Of a stretch of DNA of 64,000 nucleotides, positions 10,687 to 20,503 are shown one piece after another. Position 1 is the stretch's first letter, and each line of letters begins with the position of its first letter. Under the pieces are notes generated by a model that was not told where the DNA came from, made no database searches, and saw only the letters and a list, made by a program, of their open reading frames with translations. Source of the stretch: Promethearchaeota archaeon (GTDB lineage Archaea > Asgardarchaeota > Thorarchaeia > Thorarchaeales > Thorarchaeaceae); NCBI GenBank assembly GCA_014728035.1, contig WJMJ01000131.1, positions 117,381 to 181,380 on the forward strand, read 5' to 3'. The translations under genes and the position numbers were made by a program.

Positions 10687-10706
10687 CGGACAGAATAATC
10701 TGTCCG
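10687..10706. terminator. Hairpin between convergent genes
   Basis: CGGACAGA-ATAA-TCTGTCCG inverted repeat next to an A/T tract. Confidence 0.5.
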
Positions 10707-10727
10707 ATCATGATGACTTCACTGCTT

Positions 10728-11012
10728 CTAACGAAAGAGCATAGTAAGTTGCATACCTATTATTGATTCAACTCCATGCCGTTCAACAGCTTTTTGAATT
10801 GTTTTAGGTTCAACGTGATAGAGCGTCTTCCGCATATCTTGTAAATTCGGAATCCGTTGAACCATTCCAGTTTTTAGTAAGCGCTTCAGCGCAAACGCAA
10901 CCGTTCGGGCTGGAATTTTAGCAAACTCACGAATTTGTTTAGGGGACATAGGACCTTTTCGTTGAAGTAGATGCAGTATTTTGAAGGAGCTAGGTGGTAG
11001 ACTCTTTGCCAT
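10728..11012 (-). CDS. MarR-type wHTH transcriptional regulator
   Basis: GPMSPKQI...RTVAFALKRL...PNLQDMRKTLY. Confidence 0.88.
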   Translation of the reverse strand: MAKSLPPSSFKILHLLQRKGPMSPKQIREFAKIPARTVAFALKRLLKTGMVQRIPNLQDMRKTLYHVEPKTIQKAVERHGVESIIGMQLTMLFR

Positions 11013-11023
11013 ATTGATTCCTC

Positions 11024-12715
11024 CTATTCATCTGGTCGTGATATGGATCGCATTCCAGACCAAAGGAAACCGATACCTGCAATGATAAGAATCATTGGAC
11101 CCCATAGAGCAAAAAGCCAGCCAAATCCAGTAGGACCTAATATCTGCTCTAGCAAAATATCAAGGTCTAAGATACTAAGAACTATCAGAGCAATAATTGA
11201 AGACATTATTGCGAACATTGGCACCATTATCGAAGTCATGACATTGGTTTGATGGGCGGGAGACTTTGTATCATCATAATCTGGATTATTTGCTGTAACT
11301 CCAATAGCCACCATTGTCGCCCCTACAGCGATAAGATATCCAATACCAAAAAGTGTCATTGCAACCCATATGTCCAAACCGGTTACCAAAGTAATAACAA
11401 TCACAGCTATCGAGGTAAGAACAAAATCAGTTAGAAAAGCGGATAGCGTCCTAGCTTTAACATAATCAGATGCTCCAGACGGAGTTCCTTGAAGAATCCA
11501 TAGTTGTTTCTTACTCTCAAGAAAACCTACACCAGCATGAGGAAATGCACCAATTAATGCGAACATTATTCCAAAAATACCTATCAGTTCAAGAGGGGTT
11601 TCTGCAAGGTTGTTGTCAGTAAAGAGTGTCATAAACACAGGTAGAATTATTGCAAGTGCTAGTCCATAGAACATCTTGGACAAGTTCTGTGCCTTCCTGA
11701 AATAATCCTTCATATTGATTACTACAAGTGTTCCGAAGTGTCCCTTCAGGATGGAACGCACACCTCTAAGGAAAATATTCTCTTCACCAGTAGTACTCAC
11801 GACTTCAGTCCGAACTCCTGCACTTATTGTAAAAATGCGATCAGCACTTACAATTCCAATGATAGTGATGAGGGCCAAGAAACCAATCATGAGAGTCGCA
11901 CTAACCATGAAATCCAAGTACAAAACTGATCTGAACAGTTCAATCTGCGGCAAAGTTAGACCTATACCATTGTAAGAGATTGCCAACCAGCTAATTGTAT
12001 CTGCACTCCAGGTGAAAGGAAGAAACAGAAATATTTCTAGTCCAAGAATATCCGATACCAAAGGAGCAGCATACATTATGAGATACATTGGAACGATTGC
12101 AATAATCCCCATAATCATTGACATTGCTTTTGCCAAGTCATTCCCACGGGAGGAATCCCCCAGACGCGATTGAATCAATGACGTGATATACTTTGATAAC
12201 CACAACACACCGAATACGTTGAGAAAAATTGTGCAATATATTAGAATTGACCCAACTACCGATACCTCAAATGCCATCAAAAACGGAGATAGCAGAAGAG
12301 GCGCTAGTATCAATGCAACAAACCCATAGAGAGGAGTCCACCCAAAGAAACCACCAACAAGGATATCTCGTGTGCGAGTATTGTTGCTTAGAAAGATCTC
12401 CCAGTGTCCAATCTTTATCTCTTCAAGCGATTGTGCCAAAGGAAATAACATCAATGCCAACCAAAGAAACATAATAACTGACCGCATAAGACCTGGAAAA
12501 ATACCTATGAGGAGTGATCTTAGCTCTATCAGAGGTATGATAGAGGTCAATATACCATTTATCAAAAACGGTGCCACTAAGGTGGCCCAAATGATTCCTA
12601 AAGCAAATAGACTTCCTGTGATAAGATATCTATGTTTTCTAAACTTCACTGTGAGAACATAGAAGTCTGCTTTTGCGATACTAAGCCATGTTCCAGACAA
12701 TGGCTTCACCTCCAC
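11024..12715 (-). CDS. ABC-2-type exporter permease (double domain)
   Basis: ~14 TM helices; overlaps the ABC ATPase stop. Confidence 0.8.
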   Translation of the reverse strand: MEVKPLSGTWLSIAKADFYVLTVKFRKHRYLITGSLFALGIIWATLVAPFLINGILTSIIPLIELRSLLIGIFPGLMRSVIMFLWLALMLFPLAQSLEEIKIGHWEIFLSNNTRTRDILVGGFFGWTPLYGFVALILAPLLLSPFLMAFEVSVVGSILIYCTIFLNVFGVLWLSKYITSLIQSRLGDSSRGNDLAKAMSMIMGIIAIVPMYLIMYAAPLVSDILGLEIFLFLPFTWSADTISWLAISYNGIGLTLPQIELFRSVLYLDFMVSATLMIGFLALITIIGIVSADRIFTISAGVRTEVVSTTGEENIFLRGVRSILKGHFGTLVVINMKDYFRKAQNLSKMFYGLALAIILPVFMTLFTDNNLAETPLELIGIFGIMFALIGAFPHAGVGFLESKKQLWILQGTPSGASDYVKARTLSAFLTDFVLTSIAVIVITLVTGLDIWVAMTLFGIGYLIAVGATMVAIGVTANNPDYDDTKSPAHQTNVMTSIMVPMFAIMSSIIALIVLSILDLDILLEQILGPTGFGWLFALWGPMILIIAGIGFLWSGMRSISRPDE

Positions 12716-13476
12716 GCAAGAAGAGATTTACGGTCCATCTTTCCACCGACTATCTTCAGATAAGCTTCTTCCAAATTACCTGTATTAGTTCTGTCAATTA
12801 TTTCTTGAGGTGACCCCAGAGTCACAAGTTGACCTTGATTCAAAATGCCTATAACATCGCAGACATCTTCAGCAAAATCTGTCATATGTGTGCATATGAA
12901 AAAACCAGTGTCAGTTTCTTCAGCAAGCGCTAAAATCAAATCTTTAACTAAAGCACTAGCTGAGGGATCAAGTCTTGCAGTTGGCTCATCTAGAAAGACC
13001 AATTTTGGTTCATGGAGAAGTGTCGATGCCACCAATACTTTTTGTTTCATTCCAGAAGAGTAGGACTCTAATAGGTCATCTTGACGGCCCCCAAGTCCCA
13101 AAATAGAGAGGAGACTATCTATCCGACGAGTAAGTGCAGCACCACTTCTTTTATTGAGTGCACCAATCAGTTCAAGGAACTCTCTTGCAGATAGTTTTGA
13201 GTAAAGTCCAGGAGATTCTGGAAGTATTCCAGTAGCCGCTTTGACTTGATCTCGGTCAGTAGAGATGTTAAATCCGCAAACTTCTGCAGTGCCACTTGTT
13301 TGTTTTAGTAGACCGGAAAGAATTCGAACGGTAGTAGTCTTCCCAGCACCGTTAGGTCCAAGGAAGCCAAATCTGCCACCGGTCTTCATCTCCAAATCTA
13401 GATCACGAACAGCTTGAACAGAGCCAAAGCTCTTACTCAAGCCGCGTGTGCTAATGCATATTCCATTCTGTACCAT
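12706..13476 (-). CDS. ABC transporter ATP-binding protein
   Basis: Walker A GPNGAGKTT, signature YSSGMKQK, Walker B VFLDEP. Confidence 0.96.
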   Translation of the reverse strand: MVQNGICISTRGLSKSFGSVQAVRDLDLEMKTGGRFGFLGPNGAGKTTTVRILSGLLKQTSGTAEVCGFNISTDRDQVKAATGILPESPGLYSKLSAREFLELIGALNKRSGAALTRRIDSLLSILGLGGRQDDLLESYSSGMKQKVLVASTLLHEPKLVFLDEPTARLDPSASALVKDLILALAEETDTGFFICTHMTDFAEDVCDVIGILNQGQLVTLGSPQEIIDRTNTGNLEEAYLKIVGGKMDRKSLLAWR

Positions 13477-13499
13477 TATGTTTCACGTAATTCATATTA

Positions 13500-13578
13500 G
13501 TAAATCTTTACCAGATTTCTATGCAATATACTAAGAGTTTAAATATAAATCTTTACCATAAAGCATGTAAAGAATTAC
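13500..13578. promoter_or_regulatory. Three copies of palindromic GTAAA-NN-(T/A)TTAC, a candidate operator in a divergent promoter
   Basis: gtaaatctttac (13500), ataaatctttac (13545) and gtaaagaattac (13567), each followed by CA, around TTTAAATATA. Confidence 0.6.
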
Positions 13579-13618
13579 CATAACCCTGATATGGGATGAT
13601 GAAAGAGAAAAACGAGGA

Positions 13619-14182
13619 ATGAAAATGGGATTGCTTTCAACTCACGAGGCTATTGTTTGGTGGGAATTTCAACAAGGAAAACCCACAGGAGAAATAGCTA
13701 GTGAGTATGAAGAAGAGAAAGAGTATCCGGAGTATGTTAGACAAATACTTGAGGAAGAAGCAGGATCTACAGCTTCCTTCAAAGATGCAGCATATGTGTC
13801 CAGAGTGTTGAATAGAGCAAGGAAGAAAATCAAGAAAGCACTCGAAGATCAAGGGAGAAGTCATAGACTGGACATAGAAAGTGTACAGGATTACAAGGGT
13901 CTCCTGATGGGCTTTGATTATCAGGCTAATGCACAAGTCTACATCGTATTCACTATGCAACTGGGAAATGTTGTTTGGTACAAACACGACTCGTATGCGG
14001 GAAAATTATGTCCTGAATGTCCGAAAGAGTCCGAATGTCGAGAAACTCTTGATATTATCATTAAAGAGTACAACATCGAACTACGTCCGGATCAAGAACA
14101 GCTCCCTATGACTCAGCAATCCATTGCAGTATTTACAAAACTTGCAGCAAAAGAGAATCCTCGTTACAAAAGAAGTACATAA
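13619..14182 (+). CDS. HTH (sigma70-r4-like) DNA-binding protein with a C-terminal Cys cluster
   Basis: GKPTGEIA...AAYVSRVLNRARKKI helix pattern; CPECPKESEC. Confidence 0.7.
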   Translation: MKMGLLSTHEAIVWWEFQQGKPTGEIASEYEEEKEYPEYVRQILEEEAGSTASFKDAAYVSRVLNRARKKIKKALEDQGRSHRLDIESVQDYKGLLMGFDYQANAQVYIVFTMQLGNVVWYKHDSYAGKLCPECPKESECRETLDIIIKEYNIELRPDQEQLPMTQQSIAVFTKLAAKENPRYKRST

Positions 14183-14197
14183 TGGATGTGATGTGAA

Positions 14198-14998
14198 GTG
14201 GGTCGGGATTACGAAGCAGAAACGGGAAAAGTCATAAAACCCCCATTGGAAACAATGGCTGGAAAGACGTTCAAACCAGCGCCAGCCTTTAGGAATAAGC
14301 TCTGGTTCACAGTACTATTTGTTACCTTTATCATATGGGTAATGATAATAGCAACATTCTATTTTGCTAGCAGCTTGGTAAGTTGGTTAGGTTATAATTA
14401 CTCTCTTGAGCAATTCCTTGGTCTTTGGCTTGTTCAGATTACCTACTGGTATTGGATCATTTCGCTGTTTTGGATTGTTCCTCTCTTGATATTCATACCA
14501 ATCTATATTGACAGAATCGAGTACTCTGTTCGAGCTGAATCAGGAGAGAGTCTTCCAGAGATATATGTGAAGAAGGGACTCATAGATATAACCGAAAAAC
14601 ATGTGCCTTTCAGAGCAATAACCAATCTTACCAATAGAACTGGACCTTTTGACAGACTGTTCGGCATTGGAAATATCGAGATTGAAACTGCTGGATATTC
14701 TGGTTCTATGCAGACGGGCCCTGAAGAAAAAATCGAAGGTATTCTCTTTCATGATGAATTGCGAGACTATATGCTTCAGGAGATTCGCAAGTTTAAGGCA
14801 CCCTATGCAACAACAATGGAAACAGAGGAGGATTTTGAAGAAACGGAATCAAAAGGGAGTCGCTTTGAAACATCTGAAATAATTTTGGTGCTTCAAGATA
14901 TCAAAGCTGTGCTGGAGAAAATAGATAGCAAACTGGATTCTTACAATGATTTTCAATCCGATATCAGGGATATCAAAGAAGAATTACGGAGAAAGTAA
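14198..14998 (+). CDS. bPH_2 (YdbS/YdbT-like) PH-domain membrane protein
   Basis: 2 TM helices; KGLIDITEKHVPFRAITN...GPFDRLFGIGNIEIETAG. Confidence 0.88.
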   Translation: MGRDYEAETGKVIKPPLETMAGKTFKPAPAFRNKLWFTVLFVTFIIWVMIIATFYFASSLVSWLGYNYSLEQFLGLWLVQITYWYWIISLFWIVPLLIFIPIYIDRIEYSVRAESGESLPEIYVKKGLIDITEKHVPFRAITNLTNRTGPFDRLFGIGNIEIETAGYSGSMQTGPEEKIEGILFHDELRDYMLQEIRKFKAPYATTMETEEDFEETESKGSRFETSEIILVLQDIKAVLEKIDSKLDSYNDFQSDIRDIKEELRRK

Positions 14999-15002
14999 GA
15001 AA

Positions 15003-15779
15003 ATGACGGAAAGAAAAGCAAAGGTGATTAAACCACCTGTTGAGAAGATAACAAGTGGAAGGGTGTTCCACCCTGATAATAGATACAAATACAAGATGTG
15101 GATAGAAATATTCCTCGTGGCGTTTGTAATCTATATTCTACTAGTGGGATTCTGGGTTGGAATGGGCTACTTCATAGAAGTCGTAGATAATGACGTGACA
15201 CCTGCACAATTCTGGGCGTATATCGCAGAATGGTGGTGGCCGGTGAATTCTGCATTTTGGTTAGTCATGATGGTTTGGATGATTCCAGCAATAATTGCGG
15301 TTCCAATCTACTTCAAATCATTCAGCTATTCGGTTATCAGCGAAAAAGGCGAAACGATGCCAGAGATTTTCACCAGGAGAGGTATCATCAATGTGACTGA
15401 GCGACATGTACCCTTCAGAACAATTACTAACATTTCCTCTAAGGCCGGAATACTTGATAGAATACTAGGAATAGGTTCTGTAGAAATTGAGACCGCAGGA
15501 GGATCAATCAGAAGTCCAGGACAACCGGGCCCTGAAGAGAAGATAGAGGGCGTCATGTACTATGAAGAAGTACGAGATTTTATCTTGAGAGAGTTGAGAA
15601 AGTTCAGAGATCCATATGTAACAGGAACTGAACTAGTGACTCCCAGAGCTGAACATCCAGTTCCGGTGCTTGAGGATACACTTGATGATGATATACTTCG
15701 AACATTGAGAGACATCCGAAATAGTACAGAGTGCCTTCCAGAAATTCTAGAATTGCTCAAAAAGTTGAGCAAAAGATAA
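15003..15779 (+). CDS. bPH_2 PH-domain membrane protein (tandem paralog)
   Basis: RGIINVTERHVPFRTITN...GILDRILGIGSVEIETAG. Confidence 0.88.
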   Translation: MTERKAKVIKPPVEKITSGRVFHPDNRYKYKMWIEIFLVAFVIYILLVGFWVGMGYFIEVVDNDVTPAQFWAYIAEWWWPVNSAFWLVMMVWMIPAIIAVPIYFKSFSYSVISEKGETMPEIFTRRGIINVTERHVPFRTITNISSKAGILDRILGIGSVEIETAGGSIRSPGQPGPEEKIEGVMYYEEVRDFILRELRKFRDPYVTGTELVTPRAEHPVPVLEDTLDDDILRTLRDIRNSTECLPEILELLKKLSKR

Positions 15780-15789
15780 TCTTTGCATG

Positions 15790-15815
15790 GGGAATGCAGT
15801 GCATTCTGCATTCCC
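15790..15815 (+). terminator. Perfect 10-bp inverted repeat after the operon
   Basis: GGGAATGCAG-TGCATT-CTGCATTCCC. Confidence 0.45.
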
Positions 15816-15885
15816 GCTAAAGGAGTGAATCAAAGAAAATGATAATAGACAATGATATCTGGACAATATTATGGGATGAAAGACG

Positions 15886-15978
15886 ATGTCAACAAGGAGA
15901 ATCATAATGAAAGCGTTGTTACTGATGGGAGTTGTATTTTTCTTTGTATTTTATCTCCTATTATACTTCAATAAGTAG
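15886..15978 (+). CDS. Possible 30-aa single-TM small protein
   Basis: MSTRRIIMKALLLMGVVFFFVFYLLLYFNK, read manually; below the ORF-track cutoff. Confidence 0.35.
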   Translation: MSTRRIIMKALLLMGVVFFFVFYLLLYFNK

Positions 15979-15994
15979 GAAGTAGTTTTACAAA

Positions 15995-16822
15995 TCACAA
16001 GTTAGTTCTTTGTTTTACTCTATTATATGGGAAAATAATGTTACCTTCATGAAAGACGACCATCTCGCCAGGATTAAACTCAATCCAGTCTTCAGCTGTT
16101 AACGCTCTAGTTACAATTACATAACCTGATTCTTGTTGGTCAGATTCGAGGTTGCCACTCTGGACATCAAGGATTCCAAAGGATTCATCCTTCCGTGTAA
16201 ATTCAATAGAACCAGTTGGAACAGATTTCGGGAGGAATCTTAGTCCATTATTATGTTGTTGCTCATCTGAATAACAAAACAGAAAGGGACCATTGGTTAG
16301 CATACAGTTGAAAGTGTTGTCCGAGTCATTGATCTCTTGAAATATTTCTTGGAGCTTCTCAAAATCGGGAATCTTCCACGAAGATACATCTTCATCAGCA
16401 ATTGCATCCAAAATATAACAGAATGCATGTTCGGAGTCCGTTGTGCCAATTGGGTGATATACTCCAAGCTGTAATTTTTTAAATTCGTTAAGAGTTCCAT
16501 TGTGAGCAAAAGCCCATTCCTGAATACCACTTTGTGTGGTGACTTGTCGATAGAACGGATGAGTGTTGGCATAGCTTCGCACGCCTTCAGTAGACCTACG
16601 AACATGACTTACAAAAGTCGTGGAAGTTGGATATACTTCAGCAAAGTCAAATAGTTTACTTGATTTAGCTGAAATTGGCTCTTTCAGAATACGTAGAAGT
16701 AATTCGTGATAAAAAGCTAGTCCCCAACCATCAGGATTTGGCTCTCCACGCAATTGAAATATATCCAGAGATATTCGTGGGCTTACAGGCGAATCAAAAG
16801 ATAAACCGAGTAGATCACACAT
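15995..16822 (-). CDS. Class II glutamine amidotransferase (YafJ/EgtC-like)
   Basis: N-terminal MC nucleophile (start 16822), NPDGWG, NTHPF, AHNG, GTTDSE. Confidence 0.93.
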   Translation of the reverse strand: MCDLLGLSFDSPVSPRISLDIFQLRGEPNPDGWGLAFYHELLLRILKEPISAKSSKLFDFAEVYPTSTTFVSHVRRSTEGVRSYANTHPFYRQVTTQSGIQEWAFAHNGTLNEFKKLQLGVYHPIGTTDSEHAFCYILDAIADEDVSSWKIPDFEKLQEIFQEINDSDNTFNCMLTNGPFLFCYSDEQQHNNGLRFLPKSVPTGSIEFTRKDESFGILDVQSGNLESDQQESGYVIVTRALTAEDWIEFNPGEMVVFHEGNIIFPYNRVKQRTNL

Positions 16823-17134
16823 ACACTCAGTATATGTGTATACCTGATAAGGTCTACTCTCAGAAGTATCTAACAAAAATACAACCGAAGGAATTCAGAT
16901 ATACCACACTAATAAAAAAACGATGAGTTAACAAATACAACAATATAGACCCGTTCTCGAAAATTATGTCTATCATGGAGGTGCTGTCCAATTACATTTA
17001 ACCAAGGCGGAGTGGACTTGGCAATTTTTGGTAAAAGTAGCCCATAGTAGATTGCTGCTCCTGAGATAACCTATGGGATAGTTCAAACACCACAGACTAA
17101 TCAAATCTTTAACTATTGCCAAATAAATTGACTA

Positions 17135-17884
17135 TCAAAAGAGGGATTTGCTCCAGATAGGTGTTTTCTTAACATAAGGGCTCAACAGCATTAGTATTGT
17201 TCCTATTGAGGACAGAACAATCACATCTCCAACAAACCATGCATAAAATGCAGATATTGCACCATCAAAACTAGAGATGTTGAATAAATAGAATGTGAAT
17301 GCACCTGGAATAGCTGAAGCGAACGAAGCTAATAATACACCAAAAATGAGGAAGCCAATCCAATTCGTTCTTTTTTTGCCTTTCTCAAATAGTGCAACCA
17401 ACGCAATCCCAGCAATTCCCGTTGTAAAAGAGGCAAATAGAAGGATGTTTCCAAAAGTTGGAATGACAATAGATAAGATCACAAGCAAAAATGTGATGAT
17501 TGCAACTAATAGAAAACCGATTCTTCCTCTCGGGCTAGGTTCAAAATCAGGTTCAATAAGGAAGATATAGATTGCTAAAATGGGCATAAGTGCTTCAGAT
17601 GCATCAGCGAGACCCCAAACTAGAGACCCGACGATACCTAATGGTGTCGTGAGAATGCCAAGAATCACACAAGACACATACCCCACAACTACACCCCAAC
17701 CCCGCATCCAATAAGCTAACGGAACGTATATAGCAGCTGCGATGTAAAGATAACTGATTCCGGCCATGTTGGAAGGTAGAGATACGACCGCAGAGATTGC
17801 AACAACTGTTGCTACTGCAGTAAAAATCAATGCGATTATTCCACGAAGCAGAATCATATTGTCTTTCATGAAAGAGCTGGTCAT
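17135..17884 (-). CDS. Multi-pass membrane protein (MASE1/ECF-S-like)
   Basis: 7-8 hydrophobic helices; WFVGD motif near the C-terminus. Confidence 0.7.
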   Translation of the reverse strand: MTSSFMKDNMILLRGIIALIFTAVATVVAISAVVSLPSNMAGISYLYIAAAIYVPLAYWMRGWGVVVGYVSCVILGILTTPLGIVGSLVWGLADASEALMPILAIYIFLIEPDFEPSPRGRIGFLLVAIITFLLVILSIVIPTFGNILLFASFTTGIAGIALVALFEKGKKRTNWIGFLIFGVLLASFASAIPGAFTFYLFNISSFDGAISAFYAWFVGDVIVLSSIGTILMLLSPYVKKTPIWSKSLF

Positions 17885-17960
17885 TATATGTACACCTTGC
17901 AAAGATTCCTTGAAACACAGCATCTCACGATTTGTATTAAATAAATATAGGAGGAATGCA

Positions 17961-19274
17961 TTATATTCTCCGGCGCCATGCAATCGTGATTACTACTACT
18001 GCGACTAACACAGAGCCTGCTACTACGTAAGGAAGTAGAGATACCAAGTCTGGTGTATATTCAGTAATGGTAGTTGTTGGAAGAGGGGGAGCTTGGGGAT
18101 AAAATGACACCATCAACTGGAATATGTCCGTATTATCAAGCACTTCATTGGACATATCATCAAAGATTGAACCATATCCATAGATAGGAACGTTTACTGC
18201 AGTATGTCCAGAACTACTCCAAGTGACATCTATTTGGTCCACTCGGTCAGCACGTAATTGTCTTTTTTCCTCTTCAGTATTCTCGTCGCTAGGCAGAGTT
18301 GAGTCCAAAGTATTACTATTCACAATCAATCCACCAGTTTCATGATCCGCAGTAACAATCAACATTGTATCATCATGAGTAACAGTATAATGCAACGCAA
18401 CTTCTACCGCTTTGTCGAATGCAATCGTATCAAGTGCATTCTGAACTTTGTTATTATCATGGCCCGCATGGTCAATTCTTCCTCCTTCAACCATAAGAAA
18501 GAAACCATCCGTATCTTGTGATAGAAGTTCAAGTGATTTGTTAGTCATCTGTGCAAGAGAAGGGATGACCGTCAATTCACGGTTTAACTCATAGTCCATA
18601 TGAAAATCTGAAAATATTCCAAATAGCTTTCCTTCACTTACCATATTCATTTCGGATAGATTCTGTACGAAAGAATATCCTTTATCCTGCATTGTAGTGA
18701 TATTGGCATTAGAAAAATAATGAAGTCCACCACCCAATAGTACATCTACATTTGCAGAATCTATTATTTGCTTGGTAATAGTATTGTACGAGTTCCGGTC
18801 ATTTATGTGAGTCATAAATGCGGCTGGAGTCGCATGTTGGATATAACATGTGGAAATCACACCAGTGGATTTATCGAGTCGCTGAGCAAGCTCAAGAATG
18901 GTTTCCAAATTATGACCATCTGGATCCTTTGAGATAACACCATTATCCGTCTTCACACCAGTTGCAATTGCGGTTGCAGACGCTGCAGAGTCAGTAATCG
19001 ATGAATCTGCACTGTGTGTCGTCACAGACGAGTTAAACGGAAGACTCTCCATAACAAGTTGGCCATCTACACCTTTCTCTACCCATCGAGCAAGTTTGAC
19101 CTGTTCAAAACCCATACCATCTCCAATCATCAAAATGATATTCATACCATTTTCATGTTCTTGATTAACGGATGATACAGGAGCTGCCATTGAGATTGAA
19201 AACATCAACATTAGGACTATCGATGTTGTAACAACATGACCTTGAATACGGAGAAACCAACCTATAAGAGCCAT
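17961..19274 (-). CDS. phoA: Alkaline phosphatase, exported and membrane-anchored
   Basis: IGDGMG, TDSAASAT, HATPAAF, VEGGRIDHAGH, VTADHETGG; C-terminal TM. Confidence 0.95.
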   Translation of the reverse strand: MALIGWFLRIQGHVVTTSIVLMLMFSISMAAPVSSVNQEHENGMNIILMIGDGMGFEQVKLARWVEKGVDGQLVMESLPFNSSVTTHSADSSITDSAASATAIATGVKTDNGVISKDPDGHNLETILELAQRLDKSTGVISTCYIQHATPAAFMTHINDRNSYNTITKQIIDSANVDVLLGGGLHYFSNANITTMQDKGYSFVQNLSEMNMVSEGKLFGIFSDFHMDYELNRELTVIPSLAQMTNKSLELLSQDTDGFFLMVEGGRIDHAGHDNNKVQNALDTIAFDKAVEVALHYTVTHDDTMLIVTADHETGGLIVNSNTLDSTLPSDENTEEEKRQLRADRVDQIDVTWSSSGHTAVNVPIYGYGSIFDDMSNEVLDNTDIFQLMVSFYPQAPPLPTTTITEYTPDLVSLLPYVVAGSVLVAVVVITIAWRRRI

Positions 19275-19333
19275 AGATAGTATTAGAATAGTGGTTTAAT
19301 ATTACTGTTATCAAATAACACCAAAATCCAATA

Positions 19334-19636
19334 TTATAATGGTATTAGTCGTGTCACGGTCGAATCAGTTCTAATTGCATTCAATCTGGCCGATAAGCGA
19401 ATATAATCTTCATCACTATGTAGCTTCTCAATTGTGGACCTGTATTCTTCCTCATCTTTGTATTCAGACATATAATATGTATGAACAGGCTTGTTCTTAT
19501 CACGCCAATATCCAATAATTTTTACACCATGCTTATGGTATATTTTGATAAATTCAGACCTGAGATCATCAAGTTCGCCAATATCGTCTTCTGAAACACT
19601 AGTTCTGTATAGCATTACTAAAGCCATCTTCATCAT
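19334..19636 (-). CDS. NIPSNAP-like dimeric alpha/beta-barrel protein
   Basis: KHGVKIIGYW...YYMSEYKD pattern. Confidence 0.7.
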   Translation of the reverse strand: MMKMALVMLYRTSVSEDDIGELDDLRSEFIKIYHKHGVKIIGYWRDKNKPVHTYYMSEYKDEEEYRSTIEKLHSDEDYIRLSARLNAIRTDSTVTRLIPL

Positions 19637-19685
19637 ATTAACAATAGTTAATACAGTTATAGATGTTTCTGTTGAAAAGATATTA

Positions 19686-19710
19686 AGAGTCCGTACACCT
19701 TACGGACTCT
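19686..19710 (-). terminator. 10-bp inverted repeat downstream of the ferritin-like gene
   Basis: AGAGTCCGTA-CACCT-TACGGACTCT. Confidence 0.5.
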
Positions 19711-19718
19711 AAGAAGTG

Positions 19719-20207
19719 TTAGAGGTCAGAAGGATCACATACAATATCTGCCCCTGTTTCACCTTTAACTGATTGTAAAGGCTGCATCTGAATTATACGA
19801 ACTAGCTCCTCTAAGTCAGCATGATGACGTTCTTCATCTTTTCTAAGGTGTTCTAGAAGAAGCTCTCCAAGAGGATCGGTCATTTTTTCAATTGCTTTAT
19901 CAAGAAGATCTATCATTCGTGATTCTTGTTTTTTGAAAGACTCAAGGTCTCGGGATAACTTTACTCGATCAATATAACGTTGAACTTTTGCACTCCATGC
20001 ATCACACGGAGTATCCATAAGCATCTCGATAAGACCTTTGAGGAATTCTTTATGTTTCCACGTATCAAGCCTCATTTCCATAAAGACCAGTCGTACAGCA
20101 GTTTCGTGTACTCGCTCTTCAGCATTTTCCAAATCATTCAAGAGATTTTCTTCAACAGACACTTGATCTTGTAGAATCTCGATTAGTTCATCATTTCCTT
20201 TAGCCAT
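19719..20207 (-). CDS. Ferritin-like four-helix bundle protein
   Basis: Duplicated E...DxxKH / E...DEERHH metal ligands. Confidence 0.8.
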   Translation of the reverse strand: MAKGNDELIEILQDQVSVEENLLNDLENAEERVHETAVRLVFMEMRLDTWKHKEFLKGLIEMLMDTPCDAWSAKVQRYIDRVKLSRDLESFKKQESRMIDLLDKAIEKMTDPLGELLLEHLRKDEERHHADLEELVRIIQMQPLQSVKGETGADIVCDPSDL

Positions 20208-20503
20208 AGGTACACTCTCTTAACATTCGATTACACATTCAGCACGAAATCGAAAGTTATGTTAAAATTTGTAACTTATTTATATAATGCAAGTCTTTTA
20301 CGCGATTATAGTGTTCAAGGACGCACAACAATTACGATGAACGGACCTTTTATAATTCGAATAGCAATGAATGTACTTTGGTATTTTTGAAACAGCTTCA
20401 ATATGTACAATCCCAATGAGACTTATCTGATGAGATATGGAAGATATTCATGATATACAAAAGATAGACAATGAAACCATATATTAAATAACGAGTGTGT
20501 GGA

